This document shows, in pieces, positions 59,148 to 64,000 of a stretch of 64,000 nt of DNA. The notes under the pieces were generated by a model. That model ran no database searches, was not told the origin of the DNA, and saw nothing but the letters and a program-made list of their open reading frames with translations. Within the stretch, counting starts at the first letter, position 1. Each line of letters begins with the position of its first letter. This stretch comes from Azolla caroliniana. Its lineage: Eukaryota > Plantae > Polypodiophyta. The stretch is taken from contig JBHGNT010000009.1 of NCBI GenBank assembly GCA_043228905.1, positions 8,556,001-8,620,000 on the forward strand, written 5' to 3'. A program made the position numbers and the translations under genes.

Positions 59148-59596
59148 GGGGGAGATAGTGTCATGAGATGGCAAGACTCGAACCCATGACCTTATGGTAT
59201 ATGGGTCGAGCTCTTAACCATCTCACCATCTATTGTAATTCATAGGATATTATTTTCATTTATGTTTTATTATAAGAAAGTAATGTATATTCCAGATTTC
59301 TCTGGAACATTCTAGAAGCTTCAGGATTATTCCTGAGAACACTATAAAAGAAGGCATTAAGCATTATGTTGAACCAAATTGGTTCAACACCAGTCTTAAG
59401 CCTCTTAGCCGATTTGTACTTATCTTTCATATAATATAAGAGCTGTTGTCATCATCCTATCTCTCTCTCTCTCTCTCTCCTCTTCTCATTTTCTCTCTCT
59501 CGGGAATCTTACGCAGTCCCGTCCTCTTAGTACTAATAGTACTACTCTTCTTAGTACTAATTCCATCTCTGCTTTAGTACTATTCCTGACACCCGG

Positions 59597-61523
59597 AGAT
59601 TTCCGGACCCAGAGCACGTGCTGCTAACCGACGAAGGGGAGCCGGAGAGCTTTGAAGAAGCAAAGCATGACACCCAGAGCCGCAGGTGGTTGAGTGCCAT
59701 GCAGGACGAGATGGATTCCCTGCATGAGAACCACACATATGAACTTGTGGAGTTGCCGAAAGGAAAGCGGGCACTTCGAAACAAGTGGGTGTTCAAGCTG
59801 AAACCGGGAGATGCCGGAAACCCCCCGAGATACAAAGCCAGGATCGTGGTGAAGGGGTTTCAGCAGAAGAAGGGCGTCGACTTCGACGAGATATTTGCCC
59901 CGGTAGTGAAGATGACCTCCATCCGGACGGTACTGAGCATAGCGGCAAGCATGGACCTCGAGGTAGAACAAATGGACGTGAAGACGGCATTCCTTCACGG
60001 TGACCTCGATGAAGAGATCTACATGTAGCAACCGGAAGGATTCGAGAAGAAAGGGAAGGAGCACCTGGTATGCCGGTTGAAGAAGAGCCTTTACGGACTG
60101 AAGCAGGCTCCCCGGCAATGGTACCGGAAATTCGACTCTTTCATGACCGACGAAGGGTACCTCAAAACGCAGTCCGACCACTGCGTGTTTGTGAAGAAGT
60201 TCGAAGGAGGAGACTTTCTAATACTCCTCCTGTACGTGGACGACATGCTGATCGTCGGACGGGACCAGGTCAAGATACGGATGCTGAAGAAGGCTCTTCA
60301 CCGAACCTTCTCAATGAAGGACCTGGGTCCGGCGAGGCAAATACTGGGGATGCATATCACCCGGGACCGGAAGAAGAAGCAGTTGTGGCTGTCACAGGAG
60401 AAGTACGTGACAAAGGTGCTTCACCGGTTCAACATGTCGGAAGCAAGACCGGTCGGGTCAACACTCCCGGCAAACTGCAAGCTGTCCAGCAAGCAAAGCC
60501 CCAAGACAAAGGCTGAGAAGGAGGACATGATGAAAGTACCATATGCCTCTGCCGTCGGGAGCTTGATGTACGCGATGGTGTGTACCCGATCGGACATAGG
60601 ATATGCAGTCGGAGTGGTGAGCCGGTACATGAGCAATCCCGGCAAAGAGCATTGGAACGCGGTCAAGTGGATACTCCGATACCTGAAGGGCACGGCAAAC
60701 GTGTGCCTCCGATTCGGCTCCGGTAAGCCTGAACTCGATGGCTTCACCGATTCGGATATGTCGGCTGATGCAGATACCAGCCGGTCCACATCAGGGTATG
60801 TGATGACGTATGCAGGGGGAGCAGTTTCATGGCAGTCGAGGCTGCAGAAGACGGTTGCGTTGTCAACCACGGAGGCGGAGTACATGGCAGCTGTTGAAGC
60901 CGGCAAGGAAATAATATGGATGAAGGACTTCATTAGAGAGCTCGGTATCCGGCAGGAGGAGTACCGACTCTACTGCGACAGTCAGAGTGCAATACCTGAA
61001 GGGCACGGCAAACGTGTGCCTCCGATTTGGCTCCGGTAAGCCCGAACTCGACGGCTTCACCGATTCGGATATGTCGGCTGATGCAGATACCAGCCGGTCC
61101 ACATCAGGGTATGTGATGACGTATGCAGGGGGAGCAGTTTCATGGCAGTCGAGGCTGCAGAAGACGGTTGCGTTGTCAACCACGGAGGCGGAGTACATGG
61201 CAGCTGTTGAAGCCGGCAAGGAAATAATATGGATGAAGGACTTCATTAGAGAGCTCGGTATCCGGCAGGAGGAGTACCGACTCTACTGCGACAGTCAGAG
61301 TGCAATCCACCTTGCGAAGAACGCGGCCTATCACTCCCGGATGAAGCACATCCAGCGAAGATATCACTGGATCCGGGAAAGGATAGAAGACAAGGAGTTC
61401 GTGCTGACGAAGATCCACACGGACGAGAATGGGTCGGATATGCTGACCAAGGTGCTCACACCCGACAAGCTGGAAGCATGCCGGAAGAGGATCGGATTGG
61501 AAAGACATCCCATGCCGAAGTGA
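59597..61523 (+). pseudogene. Copia-6 pol, 3' part (RT, RNase H), with a premature TAG (60026) and a 313-bp frameshifting duplication
   Basis: CAG>TAG relative to Copia-5; duplicated segments at 60679..60991 and 60992..61304. Confidence 0.93.
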
Positions 61524-62153
61524 AGGGGGAGTTTGTTGGGATTACGGTCCCTTCTGATGGGATGGTCGGTTATCGGAGATGAATGCCGACCAGCCCGGTT
61601 TCGGTTTCGGAACCGGATGATGAAGACCCCGACTTCGGAGTCGGATGACGAATGTACCCGGAGAGAGATCCGGATGCAGGGACATATCCGTGAATATGTC
61701 TGCTAAGGGCCCCTGAGGCCATAGTTGTAAATAGCCCTAAGGTCATATATGTATAAATATGACTTAGGGCAAACAGTTTTGTTGTTGCTAATCATTTTTC
61801 TGTTTTTCCACTCAAGAGGAGTGAAGAGGGAGCAGCCGTGAGAGAGAGAGAGAGAGAGATAGAGCGTGAGAGAGGAAGAGGACGACACCTCTTTGTATTT
61901 CCGCCTCCTGTGGCGAGGACAGCGAGCTCAAGGTCGTCGCCTTGCAGCTCGCCATTGTATACTTCTCTGTATAGTGTTGGTTTGGAGTCTTGTACTCCCG
62001 TGGTTTTTCCCGTCTAGGGTTTTCCACGTTAATCCCTGTGTGTTCGCGTTTTGTTTCTCTTTGTGGATCCTATTTTCTGCTCCATTGATTCGCGCTTACT
62101 CGGTTGTGGCCGAGTGGTGAAGGTGAATCGAAGCGTTGATTCCCAACATGATG

Positions 62154-62831
62154 AAAGTACCATATGCCTCTGCCGTCGGAAGCTTGATGTACGCAATGGT
62201 GTGTACAAGACCGGACATAGGATATGCAGTCGGAGTGGTGAGCCGGTACATGAGCAATCCCGGCAAAGAGCACTGGAACGCGGTCAAGTGGATACTCCGA
62301 TACCTGAAGGGCACGGCAAACGTGTGCCTCCGATTCGGCTCCGGTAAGCCCGAACTCGACGGCTTTACCGATTCGGATATGTCAGCTGATACAGATACCA
62401 GCCGGTCCACATCAGGGTATGTGATGACGTATGCAGGGGGAGCTGTTTCGTGGCAGTCGAGGCTGCAGAAGACGGTTGCGTTGTCAACCACGGAGGCGGA
62501 GTACATGGCGGCTGTTGAAGCCGGCAAGGAAATAATATGGATGAAGGACTTCATTAGAGAGCTCGGTATCCGGCAGGAGGAGTACCGACTCTACTACGAC
62601 AGTCAGAGTGCCATCCACCTTGCGAAGAACGCGGCCTATCACTCCCGGACGAAGCACATCCAGCAAAGATATCACTGGATCCGGGAAAGGGTAGAAGACC
62701 AGGAGTTCGTGTTGACGAAGATCCACACGGACGAGAACGGGTCAGATATGCTGACCAAAGTGCTCACACCCGACAGGCTGGAAGCGTGCCGGAAGAGGGT
62801 CGGACTGGAAAGACATCCCATGCCGAAGTGA
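62154..62831 (+). CDS. Copia-5 pol, 3' part (RT end, RNase H)
   Basis: KVPYASAVGSLMY...FTDSD...ALSTTEAEY...HSRTKHI; in frame with the 5' part once Copia-6 is removed. Confidence 0.93.
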   Translation, partial: KVPYASAVGSLMYAMVCTRPDIGYAVGVVSRYMSNPGKEHWNAVKWILRYLKGTANVCLRFGSGKPELDGFTDSDMSADTDTSRSTSGYVMTYAGGAVSWQSRLQKTVALSTTEAEYMAAVEAGKEIIWMKDFIRELGIRQEEYRLYYDSQSAIHLAKNAAYHSRTKHIQQRYHWIRERVEDQEFVLTKIHTDENGSDMLTKVLTPDRLEACRKRVGLERHPMPK

Positions 62832-63230
62832 AGGGGGAGTTTGTTGGGATTACGGTCCCTCCGGATGGGATGGTCAGATGTCCGGGAATCGGGAATGAAG
62901 ACCCGAACGAGGAGTACCCGGTATCGGAGCCGGATGATGAAGACCCGGTTCCGGAGCCGGACGATGAAGATCCGGTTCCGGATCCGGATGATGAAGACCC
63001 CGGCTACGGAGCCGGATGATGAAGACCCGGCTACGAAGCCGGATGATGAATGTACCCGGAGCGAGATCCGGATGCGGGGACATATTTGTGAATATGTTTG
63101 CCAAGGGCCCTTGAGGCTATATTTGTAAATAGCCCGAAAGTCATATGTGTATAAATATGACTTAGGGCAAACAGTTTTGTTGTTGTTACTCTTTTTCTGG
63201 TTTTCCACTTAGAGGGAGCTAAGTGAGCAG

Positions 63231-63281
<51 letters not shown>

Positions 63282-63545
63282 GAAGAGGTCGTTGCCTCTG
63301 TGTATTACCGCCGCCTGTGGCGAAGACAGTGAGCTCAAGGTTGTTGCCTTGTAGCTTCACCATTGGACATTCCCTGTTTATAGTGATAGTTGGAGTTTGA
63401 GGACTCCCGTGGTTTTCCCCATTTAGGGTTTTCCACGTAAAACATCCTGTGTACTCTTCTCTCTATTGTCCTCGTGCATTTTGTATTTCCTGTTTTCTGT
63501 GAGTTGATCCTATTCCTCGGTGGTGGCCGAGCACTGTGTTCAACA

Positions 63546-64000
63546 ATTGGTTACTATAGTGGCCTTCCTTGCGGCAGTAATAACAGTACACCTTGTGACT
63601 GTTGCTCGTTTCTCCTTTGTCCCCGGTTTGGAGGGTGGGTATGCTCCGGCGGTCGTCTTCGGTTTTTCGGTTATCCGGTACCGATACCGGGTTTTCATTC
63701 CTTGCTGCCTCCCGACGTTCCTCTCTTCGGAAAAATCCACGCTTCTGATTCCGTCGGAAATTTCGGTTCCCTTGTCGCCTCTCTTCTCTGTGTCGGTCGT
63801 ATTCCGGGGATTCGTCTCGGTCGTACCGGTCCCGGGGGTAGCTATCTTTGCGTCTCTCCTCTCGGTCATAGTTGTCGCGTCTTCTATCAGCGTATCCTTG
63901 TCGCCTCTCTTCTCTGCGTCGGTCGTCTTCCGGGGATTCGTCTCTGTCGTACCGGTCCCGGGGGTAGCTATCTCTGCGTCTCTCCTCTAGGTCATAGTTG
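63546..64000 (-). CDS. Gypsy-N gag C-terminal region with Arg/Asp/Glu-rich 42-aa repeats and a split CCHC knuckle
   Basis: The minus frame reads ...KVYCYYCRKEGHYSNQ| and continues C-LSQSYDKQPEVNMVTAE at 46684, in frame with ORF 44292..46646. A 126-bp tandem repeat starts at 63772 and 63898. Confidence 0.88.

Larger units (their letters stand above)
53920..59591 (+). mobile_element. Chromo-3: intact, very young Tcn1-like chromovirus (5672 bp)
   Basis: 433-bp LTRs at 53920..54352 and 59159..59591 with no differences seen. TSD CCCGG at 53915-53919 and 59592-59596. PPT AAGGGGGAGATAG at 59146-59158. Gag and pol are uninterrupted. Confidence 0.98.
50815..62148 (+). mobile_element. Copia-6: sister subfamily of Copia-5, nested in the Copia-5 RT
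   Basis: 615-bp LTRs at 50815..51429 and 61534..62148 (2 differences seen). TSD TGATG at 50810-50814 and 62149-62153. PBS at 51433..51444. Confidence 0.97.
46690..63545 (+). mobile_element. Copia-5: Ty1/Copia (Tork/Tnt1-like), nested in the Gypsy-N gag zinc knuckle
   Basis: LTRs at 46690..47387 and 62842..63545. TSD ATTGG at 46685-46689 and 63546-63550. PBS TGGTATCAGAGC at 47391..47402. PPT AAGGGGGAG precedes 62842. Confidence 0.97.
38883..64000 (-). mobile_element. Gypsy-N: non-chromovirus Ty3/Gypsy element with a large extra 3' ORF; 5' end beyond the window; carries three nested elements
   Basis: LTR at 38883..39272 (TGTTG...CAACA). Gag-pol is on the minus strand (64000..63546, then 46689..~42526). 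An accessory ORF spans 42225..39322. No chromodomain was seen. Confidence 0.92.

Overview
This is a TE-dominated stretch of a land-plant nuclear genome. A non-seed plant (fern, lycophyte or moss) is inferred from the Tcn1-like chromoviruses and the type of non-chromovirus Gypsy present. The only host gene is an apparently intact two-exon family-1 UDP-glycosyltransferase, join(33217..33763,34070..34995). The rest is nested retroelements whose boundaries could be read from LTR termini, PBS/PPT and target-site duplications. Left nest: two head-to-head decayed L1-type LINEs. The left LINE carries a Copia (<1..3715). The right LINE carries a chromovirus (10453..24335, TSD GTTTC), which carries a Copia (13614..21787, TSD CTTTT), which carries a truncated Copia, which carries a solo-LTR-like insert. 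Right nest: chromovirus fragment > non-chromovirus Gypsy (38883..>64000) > Copia (46690..63545, TSD ATTGG) > sister Copia (50815..62148, TSD TGATG) > intact chromovirus (53920..59591, TSD CCCGG, LTRs apparently identical). Three copies of a hAT MITE and a foldback-like palindrome array are also present. The most unusual signals are: (1) the non-chromovirus Gypsy has a tRNA-Arg 3'-end-like sequence in mirror-PBS geometry where its polypurine tract should be; (2) the chromoviruses lack a tRNA PBS and show a self-priming duplex with a compensatory base change; (3) two LTR families carry tRNA-like Pol III A/B-box modules at tRNA spacing; (4) there is a G_UUA_AAC -1 frameshift cassette between gag and pol. 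All comparisons were made by eye; no database search was run.
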